Part shown: positions 10,953-21,202 of the stretch, piece by piece
How the letters are laid out: each line of letters opens with the position of its first letter
How positions within the stretch are numbered: position 1 is the first letter of the stretch
Source of the DNA: Rebecca billardiae RCC1528
Lineage: Eukaryota; Protista; Haptophyta
Reading direction: 5' to 3'
Assembly (NCBI GenBank): GCA_965240325.2
Contig: OZ251223.1
Location: 3,720,001-3,784,000 of the forward strand
Length of the DNA: 64,000 nt
Notes under the pieces: model-generated
Databases searched by the model: none
What the model saw: the letters and a program-made list of their open reading frames with translations, nothing else
Told to the model about the DNA's origin: nothing
Made by a program: the position numbers and the translations under genes

Positions 10953-11176
10953 GCTTCATCCGGGATCCGTTGCTTTAAACGCCGGCCCGGGAGAAAAGCA
11001 GCGGGCTGCGCACCCGCTCGAACGGCCGGCCGGCCGCTCGGACACATTTTCGAGCACCCGGTCCGGACGCACGTGCCCAGGACCGCATTCTCAAGTCCTG
11101 CACCAGTTCGCCGCCGGGCGTGGGCGCGCATCGCGCTGGGCGGCGCGTATTTCGCGTGTGCTAGATTCTGGTCACG

Positions 11177-11824
11177 ATGTCGTCGGCGATCGACCAGGCG
11201 CTCGACGGGCTGTGCGTGGCGACGGGCGTGCCACGCCTGGCTCTGCTCATGGTCTGGCCGTGTGTGGTCCACTTCATGTACGCCCTCGTGTGGGTACAGC
11301 CCTCGGTCTTCTTCCCGCGCAGCGCGCCGATGGCGCGCGTGTGGCACTTCCGCAATATGGCTTACTCGAAGCAGGTCTGGTTCTACGGACTCTTGCCGTG
11401 GTACCTGGGCACGATCGACAGCGCACGGCTAAGCGAGCCGTACTACTGGCGCATCTTCGGCCAGATCCTCGCGCAGCCCACGCCGATCGTCGCGCTTGGC
11501 ACTGCGATGCTCGCGGTCGGCGTCTTCCTCGAGATCGCCTCCTTCAACGCGATCGGCGAGGCAGCCATCCTGTACGGCTGCAAGTTCGGCGTGGAGATCG
11601 AATGGGTCGACTCCAAGTTCCCATACACGTGGACCAACCACCCGCAGCACATCGGCGTCGCCCTCGTCTACGGCTCGCTGCTCGCGTTCGGCTTGAACAT
11701 CCTGCCGCAGATGGGGCTGATCGTGCTGTGGTGGTTCTGCCTGTACGGCTTCCAGACCCTCGTCGAGGGCTACCTGGCGCAGGACGAGCACGAGGCGCTC
11801 AAGGCGAAGGCGAAGAAGAAGTGA
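11177..11824 (+). CDS. PEMT: Phospholipid (phosphatidyl-N-methylethanolamine) N-methyltransferase, PEMT/plant PLMT-like
   Basis: 215 aa, multi-TM. Motif IGEAAILYGCKFG.EIEWV..KFPY....HPQHIG is typical of the PEMT family. C-terminal KAKKK is a dilysine ER-retrieval signal. Confidence 0.82.
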   Translation: MSSAIDQALDGLCVATGVPRLALLMVWPCVVHFMYALVWVQPSVFFPRSAPMARVWHFRNMAYSKQVWFYGLLPWYLGTIDSARLSEPYYWRIFGQILAQPTPIVALGTAMLAVGVFLEIASFNAIGEAAILYGCKFGVEIEWVDSKFPYTWTNHPQHIGVALVYGSLLAFGLNILPQMGLIVLWWFCLYGFQTLVEGYLAQDEHEALKAKAKKK

Positions 11825-12456
11825 GCCGGCCGCTCCGGCGGCGCGCCGGACGCGCGTGTCATGCGGCGCGCACAGCCAGGGGCTCGCTGCCGATCCGCTG
11901 ACACACAGACCGCTCCCAGGACGGGTCCCTGCCGCCGCACTGCGGCGTATGTCACACTCGCGCCTGCTCATCAGTCTGCCAGGGGATCGCTGCTGGCATC
12001 GTCGTCCGCGAGGATTGGAGGCGCTGGCGATGAAGACGCAGAGACGAGCTCACGCCTACTCGGTGAGTCGGAACTCTTATTCGGCGGATGATGCTCTGAC
12101 ACTGACCACTCTGCTTGCTGGCACTGTTAGCATTGAGACTCTCTTAGTCAGCTGACTAAGTCTCCGAGACCACTCACACTGCCTCAGACTCAATGACTCA
12201 GAGTCAGGCAATGCTGCTGCTGGGGCTAGAAATTAATAAACTGCTGCTGCTTATTCAGCCGATCAGCACAGGGTTACCGTGCCTAGTCAGACTTACTACT
12301 TCTAAGACTTAGTGAGTTAGTGATCGGATTATTCTTAGATCGGACAATAATCATACTGGCAGATGATTAAGTCGTCGCACGCGCGTAACACAGTCGGCGT
12401 CGTCGTGTCGTCGCGCATCGCCACGCACGCGCGGCCGGCGCGTCGGCCGGGCGTTA

Positions 12457-12557
<101 letters not shown>

Positions 12558-13455
12558 GTGGACGCCGCTGCACCCATCTGGCCCTTGGCGCTGGCCTCCT
12601 CCATGCCCCTCGCTCCACCCTAGGTGGGGCAGGGGGCGCGGGGTGTGAGTACTGTGCCGCGCCCGGGGGCCAGGTTCCCCAGCATCAAGCACTGCATCTG
12701 CAGCAGCCCGCCGGCGGGCCGGGCTGCGACGTCGACTACAACCTCATCTGCTTCATCGCCCAGAGCGCGCTAGGCGGCGCGCTCGTACTCTCCAAGCCCC
12801 TCTTCTGCAGCTGCGCGCCGCTTCGCCGGCGCGCGGCGACGCGTACTACGACCTCATCCTCATCCACTCATCCAGGCGCCCACGCGGGCGCACGGGGGCG
12901 ACAGCCGCGGCTGCCACTTGCCGGAGCTACTCGCCGCTAGGTCGGCGGGCGGCGACATCGACTACGACCTCACCCTCATCCAAGTGCTCCGGAAGGCGCT
13001 CGGCCGCGGCGGCATCTGCCGTCGCCGCCACGCGCCCCAGGCCGAGGCGGTGCTCCATCCCGGCCCCGCTCCCTCACTCCTCAGGGGGGCAGGGCTGCGG
13101 GTGGCGCACTGTCTGACCTGGTCGGAAGGCGCGGACGCATTCTATGTGTCTGCTGCACTCTGAGCCTGACGCTTGTTCGTTGCTGCCACGTCGTTTCATA
13201 TATTCATTGCTGCCACGTCGTTAAATATATTCATCAGCAATGTTATATTATATATATATTTAACTAATCATTAGCGCGCTGCATTAACGAATCTTAAGGC
13301 GGCCTCGCTGCTTTCAGTTATATATAGTATATATAAAGTATATACTCCGATAAGTATACGGACTGTAGCTACCCACAGGGTCATCCGCATCTGTTGCGGC
13401 GGGCTGGGCCACGCGTCTGCTCCGGTTGCAGCATGTAATAGTACTCCTTAGCAGA

Positions 13456-14427
13456 CTAGAGAGCGATTCCCTTGGCGCGCATCCGCTTGCGCGCCTTCGG
13501 GTTCGGCCGTTTAACAGTGCGCTTGGGCCGTGCGCGCTCAGGCAGCTCGTCCGGGCTGGTGGCAAGCGTGCAGCCCGATGCGCGCTCGTATTTCTTCCGC
13601 CACCACGGGACGATCTGCGCGTGCATCTCCGTCCCGCCCAGCCAGGCGTACCACATGCACTCGAACGGAGTGGTAGGCTTGCCAGCCGCGCCCACAGCAG
13701 GCGGCGGAGGGCGTGGCGCGGCCTCGGCGCCGGCGCGGCCCGGGCCGGTGACGAAGCTGCGTCCGGGCGACCAGAATGTGTACGTGCTCGCGGGGACGAG
13801 GAAGAGCGGCGGCGACGGCGCACGCGCCAGCTCCTCCGCGCACGAGCTCTTCTTGTACACAAAGTTGGGCAGCAGGAGCAGCCACGGCCGGCCGCCATTG
13901 CCCGCCGCGCAGAACTGCAGCGTGCGCTCGATGTGGTCGGAGGAGAATGGCGGGTTGGTCACGACGACATCGTGCTCAGGCACGCGCCCTGCCGCAAGCA
14001 CCGCGTAGAAGTCCTCGTTCCGGTTGTACACCGTCTCAAACCCCAGGCTCTGCAGGTGGCGCACCACGGAGCCCTCGCAGTAGAAGGGGTCGTAGATGCG
14101 GAGCGTCTCCTTCGTCCGGCCGGCCATTTGCGCGACGCGGAAGAGGAATGGCTCGATGTCGCGGTAGGCCTTGAAGGGCGTCTCGCAATGGTCGGCGGGA
14201 TCGGCCTCGAACGCGCGCGCCCCACTGAGCGCAGGCGTGAAGACCTGGCCGCGCGTGTGCAGCGCTCCAAGCAGCTTCTGCTTGGGGCGCTTGGGGCCAG
14301 TGGCCGGAGCTGATGGCGAGGGGCCCTGCGACCGAGAGGGGGGCGCAGGCGCGGGCAGCGCGGACTCGTGCGCTCGCTTCGCTCCCGTCGCCCCTTCTGG
14401 CCCCTCTCGCCGTCGCTTCTTCCCCAT
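13456..14427 (-). CDS. Putative amino-(N6-adenine-type) methyltransferase with NPPF motif, basic NLS-like termini
   Basis: 323 aa. DHCETP, IYDPFYCEG (motif I-like) and EDFY...DVVVTNPPFS (motif IV). N-terminal GKKRRR and C-terminal KRPNPKARKRMRAK. Confidence 0.7.
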   Translation of the reverse strand: MGKKRRREGPEGATGAKRAHESALPAPAPPSRSQGPSPSAPATGPKRPKQKLLGALHTRGQVFTPALSGARAFEADPADHCETPFKAYRDIEPFLFRVAQMAGRTKETLRIYDPFYCEGSVVRHLQSLGFETVYNRNEDFYAVLAAGRVPEHDVVVTNPPFSSDHIERTLQFCAAGNGGRPWLLLLPNFVYKKSSCAEELARAPSPPLFLVPASTYTFWSPGRSFVTGPGRAGAEAAPRPPPPAVGAAGKPTTPFECMWYAWLGGTEMHAQIVPWWRKKYERASGCTLATSPDELPERARPKRTVKRPNPKARKRMRAKGIAL

Positions 14428-14640
14428 GGGGCGTTGAGGGGGTCGGGCTCACGGCCGCCACGGGCTACGTAAAAGCTTCCGCAGGACGTAGTGTCGAGAG
14501 CAATTGCGAGCAGATTCCGGTAGTTCTTTTTTCCGGCAACCAACGGCCGCGCAACTTGAAACTCGTCGAGCAGTGGTTTCCCTGGCCACCCTGGCCAGCA
14601 CACGCCCGCAGAACGCACGCGCGGCGCCGTCGTCGTCACG

Positions 14641-15721
14641 ATGGCTGAACCGCCGGAGCTGCCATGGACACTTGAGACGCGGGGGATGCGCAGCATGCGC
14701 TGCTGCCTGACGATTGGTCCGCAGTGGCGGCTCCTCGCAATGGACGTCGAGCTTGAGCGCCAGCGCGTGAACGTCATGATGGACGCGGAGCTCGGCGACA
14801 GCGATTACGAGACCGAGGTGTCAGGCAAGGTTGTCGCGCTCGTGCCCGACCCACAGTCGGTGGGCACGGTGGATCGGTACTTTCTGCAGATGGGCTTCAT
14901 CACGGAGGCGCGGCTCTCGCGACAGGGCGTGAAGGAGATGAAGATCATGTTTCGCCCTGGCCAGAGCAAGTTTGAATGGCCGGACCACCGCGCGTCGCTG
15001 CAGTGCCCCAAGTGCCAGAAGCGCGCGGCCGCAGATGACGACATGCCCGAGGCTCGACGAGCGCCGCTCGTGCTCTGCGCGCAGATGGCCCACCAGCGCG
15101 CGCCGGCATCGGACGACCCAGGTGCCCCCGTGCAGGAGGGCATGCGGCTGATCTACCGGCTGTGGTGCAAGGCGTGCTTCCTCTCGGCGGTGCCCGCCGC
15201 TGAGGAGCTGCTGGCGCAGGCCTCGCACCGCCCCCGCCGCGACGAGGTCCCCGAGGCGTACACGGCGATGCTGTACTTCGACCAGACGGGCCTGAACGCC
15301 GCGTACTGCAAGTACTACTCCCAGATCGTGGTTGGCTACCAAGGCGGGCGCATCTCCAAGTCGCGCACCGCGGCCAACCGAGGCCAGACGGTCGGGATTC
15401 TCTCGGCCGACTGCGCCAGCTGTGGGGCCTCGGGCGTGACCAAGAAGTGCTCCAAGTGCAAGCTGGTCTCCTGTGCGCGCGCGCGCGCACGCGCCGACGG
15501 CGCATGGCGCCCGTTGCGCGTTGGTGCGCGCCTGCAGCCTCCCCGTGGCGGGCCGTACGCGCACAGACCCACCTCGCAACCGCACGGGCCGCGCGCGCTG
15601 ACACCCGCGCCGCGTCCACGGCTGCCTGCGGCTCCGGACACGACCGACAGACTGCTCGCGCGACTGCCAGGTGCAACATTGGAAGGAGCACAAGAAGAGC
15701 TGCACGCAACTCGCGCAATGA
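14641..15721 (+). CDS. MYND zinc-finger protein; exons 14641-15472 and 15651-15721
   Basis: CASCGASGVTKKCSKCKLVS joins YCSRDCQVQHWKEHKKSC across a GT..AG intron (15473-15650, CTGAC branch-like site), restoring a complete MYND finger. Stop TGA at 15719-15721. Confidence 0.88.
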
Positions 15722-16185
15722 AGCCCTCGCCATGCGGCCACGCCCTCGCCATGCGGCCGAGTCGAGCGGCGCCGATCGCACGCATGCGGCATGCGCGACG
15801 CTCACGCAGGTGGGCGCATCGGCACCGCCGCACGGGCGGAACTCACGCGGACGGGCGGAACTGATCATGACTCTTCATGCAGTGTGTCGGATGCGCCCCA
15901 AGGCTTGGCACGCATGAGCCACTCGCGACCGCACGGCCCGGCCAGCTCGTGTGACACTCTGGCATTGAGTCTCTCCGGAGAGCGCGCCTGCTATCTCCAT
16001 ACTGTTCGTACGTCATCTCAGCCTCAGGGTGACAGATGAAGAACTTGGCAAGCGTCATCAGGTTCTGATTGGCTGATGAACGACTGGCGGCGTTCGATTT
16101 AGGCTCTTTGGCACAGTTGAGCGGCTGGCAGCGCCGCACGCACGCGAGCAGCCGACGGGCCGCCGGGCTGCCGTGCCCGCCCCCT

Positions 16186-18949
16186 ATGGCGGCGATCAAT
16201 CCGGGGCTGTACACGCCCGCGGACTCGCGGATCGCGTTGAATGACCTCGACTCGATCGTCGAGCACCTTCTGAAATCGGAGGACTCGGCCGAGCAGGCGC
16301 AGCTGGTCGAGATCCTGATGGCGGGCGCGCCTGCGTCCGAGGCCGATGTCAGCGATGCTGAGATGTTCAGCCTGATCGCGTCGGCAGCAGGGATGCCCCC
16401 CAGCCAGGAGCCACCGCCCCCGTCGGCGGCGCCGGCCGTGGCACCGAGCGAGGCGCCGGTCGCGAGCCCGCCGGCCATCCCCCTCAGCTGGTCTCGCTCC
16501 GCCGTCGATGCAAATGGCGTGCTGTGGCCATCGATGACCGCGCCGACGTCGGCGATCATGGGCGTGACGCTCACGCGCCCCTTCCTGCGCGACGAGATGG
16601 GCCACGCCGTCTGGTGCGCGCGCTGTGCCTCTTCCGCCCGCCACCCGCCCGCTCGCCGCTGCGCCGCCCGGCGCAGCTCCTCGGCTGCGCTCGGCGCGCG
16701 GCGCGCGGCACCGCGCTGCGCCCTCGACCGCCGTCCCGCGCCCGCGACGCGCGTGCGCCCCGGCGCCCGGGCAGGTACAAGACGTGGCGCTGCCCCGAGG
16801 TGCACGTGTCGATCGCGCCGTCGGCGCCGGCGGGCTCGAAGGTGCTCCTGCGCGCCGCGACCATCGCCGAGGGCACGCCGAGCGCGCTGGTGGACGTGAG
16901 GCTGCGAGGCGAGACGCACGCCGACGTGGTGGCGGGCGCGGCGCGCTTCAGCGGCGTCATGTTCGAGTCGACGTCGTTCAACTGCGCGCACGCGAACTTC
17001 CACCTGGTGGTGCAGCTGTGCATCGACGGGAGCGCCACGCCGCCGCCGGGCGTGCGCGCGGAGTGCTGGGTCTCCGAGGGCGTGCGCGTGCAATCCAAGC
17101 GGCCGCGGCCTCATCCCGCGGGCGGAGCGGAGCCGCTGGTGCTCGCTCAGCCGTGCGCCGCGCGCGCGGGGGGCAAGGGGGCGGGGGGCACGGCGCCCTC
17201 GGCGCCGCCACCGGCGGGCGCGGGGCGGAGGGGGCTGAGCGCCCCGCAGGTCGCGCCCACCAGCGCCGCCGCGTCGAGGGCCGCCGCGGCCGTCGCCGCG
17301 GCCACGGCCGCGCGCGACGCGGCGGCCGGCGGGCGAGCCGCTGCGGACCGCCCCCCCGCCGCCGCCGCCGCGCTCGCCGCCGCCGAGGACGAGTCGGACG
17401 ACAAGGAGCTGCTCTCGCCGGCGATGACGGCCCTGCGCACCGCGCCCGTCGACGCGCGGCACCTGCGCGCCGGCAGCGTGAGCTGCGACGGCCCCGCGCC
17501 GCCGCCCGCCTTCCACCTGAGCGAGGGCGTGTCTGGGCTGGTGAGCGTGACCGGACCAATCCCGCACTGGCTCTCGCGCGCGACGTGCATGCCCGACTCG
17601 CCGGTGGTGGCGATCTCGATGACGAACGTGAGCTCGTCGATCCTGTACATGGTCGCGCAGGACCCGGCGGGCGCCGTCTCCGCCACGCTGCCCGTCAGCT
17701 GGTGCTCGTCCAACATGGACTCGCACCTGGGCGCGCCGCTCTCCGCAGACCCGCACGTGCGCACCTTCCTCACCACGCTCGGCCTCTTTGACGTCGACTC
17801 GATCGGCTCGATGCTCGACGCGCTGCGCGCGCTGAGCGCGAACGTCGACCTGTCGGCGGAGACGCTGCACCGCTCGGCGAGCGTGCGCGACGAGGAGATG
17901 GCGACGCAGGCGAGCGCGTACCCGCGCGTCGTCGCCGACTGCGGCACGCTGCGGCTCAACAGCGCGCTGCCCGGGCTGCTCGCGTGCGCAGAGACGCAGG
18001 CGGCGCTCTACTACGCGCCAGTCACCGAGCGGCTGACGCTCTTCGTGCACTTCGACGCGTTCGAGCCGCCCTCGCCCGCGGAGGACGACAACGACCACTT
18101 CCGCGCGATGTGCGACGAGAGCTTCGACTGCTTCAAGTTCGTCGACGCGCGCGGCTGGGTCACCTTTGTCTCGGCCGCGTCCTGCGTGCTCTTTGGGTAC
18201 GAGCCGTTTGAACACGTCGGCGCGCCCACCGGTGCGCGCTGCGAGACCCGCGGCGGGGCCGCTGCCGCGCCGTGGCTCCCGCGCGCGAGCGAGCGCGCGA
18301 GCGAGCGCGCGACGACGACGCACGGAGCGCGTGTGCGCGTGTGTGTGCGTGCGCGTCGGACAGAGCGCATCCGGGTGCGGCGCCCTCGCGCTGAGGCGCC
18401 CTCGCGCTGAGGCGCCCTCGCGCTGAGCCCTCGCGTGCGCCCGCACCCGCGCACCCGGCCGGCGCCGCTGCGCCAGGCGAGTTCCTGCACCCGGAGGACC
18501 AGCACCTGATACGGGAGCGCGTGAGCAGCAGCGCGCGGGGAGGGCCGCTGCTGCCGATGCTGCCGCTCGACACGCCGGGCACGTCCGAGTGGACGCACGT
18601 CGACGTGGCCGAGGACGAGCCGGGCGGGCATGGGGGCGGCGGCCATGGGGCGCACGGCGGGCAGCAGGGCCGGCCGGCGGATGCCGCGCAGATGCCGCTG
18701 CACCCGCGGCCGCCCGAGGGCGCGCGGCCGCACGACCCGGATGCGGTGATCACGTCGCGGCTCCGCGGCGTGCTCCGGCACCGCACGTGGTCGGGCTACA
18801 GGTACATCGACTTTGTCGCCACCTTCAAGTGGCAGCGCGGCGTGGCGCTGTGCGTCACGATGCAGGTGCGGCCGAGTGTGCTCGAGCGCCGCTCGGTGTG
18901 GGACTCGCACGGCGAGAAGCACGACTGGCCGCCGCCAAAAGTGCGCTGA
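16186..18949 (+). CDS. PAS-domain protein with candidate N-terminal Ig-fold DNA-binding domain; exons 16186-16613, 16775-18231, 18477-18949
   Basis: Two phase-compatible GTGCG..CAG introns (16614-16774, 18232-18476). Splicing gives a PAS signature (DARGWVTFVSAASCVLFGYEPFEHVGAPTGEFLHPED). The N-terminal part has LRGET...GAARFSGVMFESTS..NFHLVV...SEGVRVQSKRPR. Confidence 0.75.
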
Positions 18950-19625
18950 CGAGTGGCCGACCCACCCTATGGGGCAATGCGCCGATCCTGCTCCTATGGG
19001 GGTGTCTCCACTTGCTCCCGCCGCGGCGGGCCGAAGCTGGCTGGCCGTTGTCCGCCGCGGCGGGCTATTTATGAGACGACGATTTACGGATTGGGCGTAG
19101 TGTGCCGTCACGGGCGGCCCACGTGGCACGTCGCCTGGTCCAGGACCGCTACTGCAGCTCCCGTTGCCACGGCACCACGTCCACGTATTGACGTAATATC
19201 GTCAGATGTAAGCCATTCCGCATTCGGTTATACTCGGACCGGGTCTCCCGCGGGGAGTCTGTCCGCGACGAGTGTGCCGGCAACCGCGGGACCGTGAATG
19301 ACTGAATCGAATACCGTACGCAGAATGAACGCCGGCCAACCGGCCCCGCCGCAACGGCCTATGACAGCCGACAGGGCTCACAGGGCCTAGCTATGTCGCA
19401 GGACGGTGGACGGCTGTCCAGCGCTGCGATGTCGTGTTATTTTATGGCGGGCCGTTTGGAGATTTCAGATTTCGGCGAATCAGCTCGCGACGAACCACCG
19501 AAACGCGCGCGGCGAAGTGCTGTTATTTTGCTCGCAGTTGGTTGGCTGCTGGGTCGTCATTTTTAATAAATCAGCAGTAGCCGTCCAACCGGCAGCCGGC
19601 CGACCAGCGCGCCCCGGCCGCCGCG

Positions 19626-20117
19626 ATGCTCGGCGCTCTTGCTCTCGTCCCACTCGCCGTGGTCATGCGCTCGCCCACGTTGTCGTCGTCGGCATTTGCG
19701 AACAAGGCGCCAACGCTTGATGGCGTGCTCTCGCTGCGCGGCGGCGGGGCGATCGGCCCGTTGGATGTCGAGATGCTCTGCAACCTGCAGCTGCTCGCGC
19801 TGATTTCGTACTCGGTGGAGCTGTCGTTCCCGGCTCTGACCAATCCGTCCAAGAAGTACTTCGGGCTGGGCTCGGACAGCCCGTGGCGCACCTGGTTTGC
19901 CATGCTGCACACGTTCATGACCGCCGCGCTGGCCTACGGCAAGTTCGCCGGCGGGATGGGCGCAGAGCACGTCTCCAAGGCGGTCACCAGCTGGTTTGTG
20001 ACCTGCGTGTGCGTCATGCTGTACCAGCTGCACGTGAGCCAGTCGATGGTGACGAAACAGGGACTCTACATCTGTGGCGTCCTCTCACTGCTCGGCCTCG
20101 TCGTCAACTTTGTGTGA
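19626..20117 (+). CDS. Small multi-pass membrane protein with signal peptide and LSLRGG leader motif
   Basis: 163 aa ORF with strong GC3 bias, a signal peptide, an S/T-rich leader ending LSLRGGG, then about four hydrophobic helices. Confidence 0.72.
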   Translation: MLGALALVPLAVVMRSPTLSSSAFANKAPTLDGVLSLRGGGAIGPLDVEMLCNLQLLALISYSVELSFPALTNPSKKYFGLGSDSPWRTWFAMLHTFMTAALAYGKFAGGMGAEHVSKAVTSWFVTCVCVMLYQLHVSQSMVTKQGLYICGVLSLLGLVVNFV

Positions 20118-20354
20118 CGACGTTGCAGCGATGATGCAGCAGCTATGTGGCCATCGCCTTACTCCAATCGACCAATGGTCACCCGCACCGTCCGCTGCGG
20201 CGAGGCAGTCCGCAGTGCGGTCACGCGTGTCAATGTCAGGCCAGAACTCGACGAACTGCTCTGCCGTTTGGATGAGCCTGAGAGCGTACTACGCTAGTGG
20301 GAATTTCATACTACGGAAGACCTCGTCATGCCGCTTCGGACCGAATGAACGTCG

Positions 20355-20359
20355 TATAT

Positions 20360-20396
<37 letters not shown>
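20355..20396. repeat. (TA)n microsatellite interrupted by TCGA
   Basis: TATATATCGATATATA... run seen directly. Confidence 0.9.
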
Positions 20397-20397
<1 letters not shown>

Positions 20398-21045
20398 TTA
20401 AGTAATGTGCGTGTGAGGTTATTGATACAATAACTGATTGTCTAAGAGGACGACAAGAACGCCGGGCGCCAGCGCCGCTCATCAGCCACATCGCCCTAGC
20501 TACCAGACCATCGCCTCAAACAAAGGGCTGCTCCCGGACGACATGTATGTCGCCCCGGAGATCTGTTTCCGGTGCCCGCCCTGACTGCTTCGCCAGGCGC
20601 GGGCGGGCGAGATGGCTGCAGCCGGGCTCGTGGCCCTGCGTCGCCGCCGGCGGCGGCTCGCACGCGGGTGGCGCGTCGCGTGCACCGACCAACATCTTTC
20701 GGCAACCCGCCCACCCAGGGCCCGTTGGTCTGGTGCTCGGGCGGCGGGAGGCACAACACCCGCCGTCCGCGACCGCCCGGTCTTGCGGCCGCTGCACTCT
20801 GAGTAGGGCTCATGTGACCCCCTGCCTCCCAACACGATTGGGATTTCCAGGTTAGGTCCCCAGCAGTGCTGCTCCCGGGCGGTCAGGTGGAGGTTCAGTC
20901 GACGAGTCCGCAGGCGCTCAGCCTTCCGTCAGCGCGGACTCGTCCGCGCGGGATCACTCACGCACCGCGTCTTATCGTCGACGGCGACTCACTCGGCGAG
21001 CGGCATGCGGCCCATCACCGCATATCATCTGCTACCGCTCTAGAC

Positions 21046-21075
21046 ATATATCGATATATATATATATATATATAT
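21046..21075. repeat. (TA)n microsatellite interrupted by TCGA
   Basis: ATATATCGATATATA... run seen directly. Confidence 0.9.
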
Positions 21076-21202
21076 GTGATGAGACTCAGACTGATGAGTG
21101 ACGCTACTAATGACTGTCCGAAGTACTCAAGTCGTTTGCAACGGTGAACGGATAAGTTGTCGCGCATGCAGCAGCATCTCATTCTCAGAATATCAATATG
21201 AA

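Noticed and set aside
14641-15864. Unspliced 407-aa ORF as the gene model
   Set aside because: It reads through a clear intron. Splicing 15473-15650 restores the MYND finger and ends at 15721.
20490-20650. YVAPE (kinase-like) on + and EP...LRGDI (retroelement endonuclease-like) on -
   Set aside because: Both are short isolated motifs in frames closed by nearby stops, with no supporting flanking motifs.
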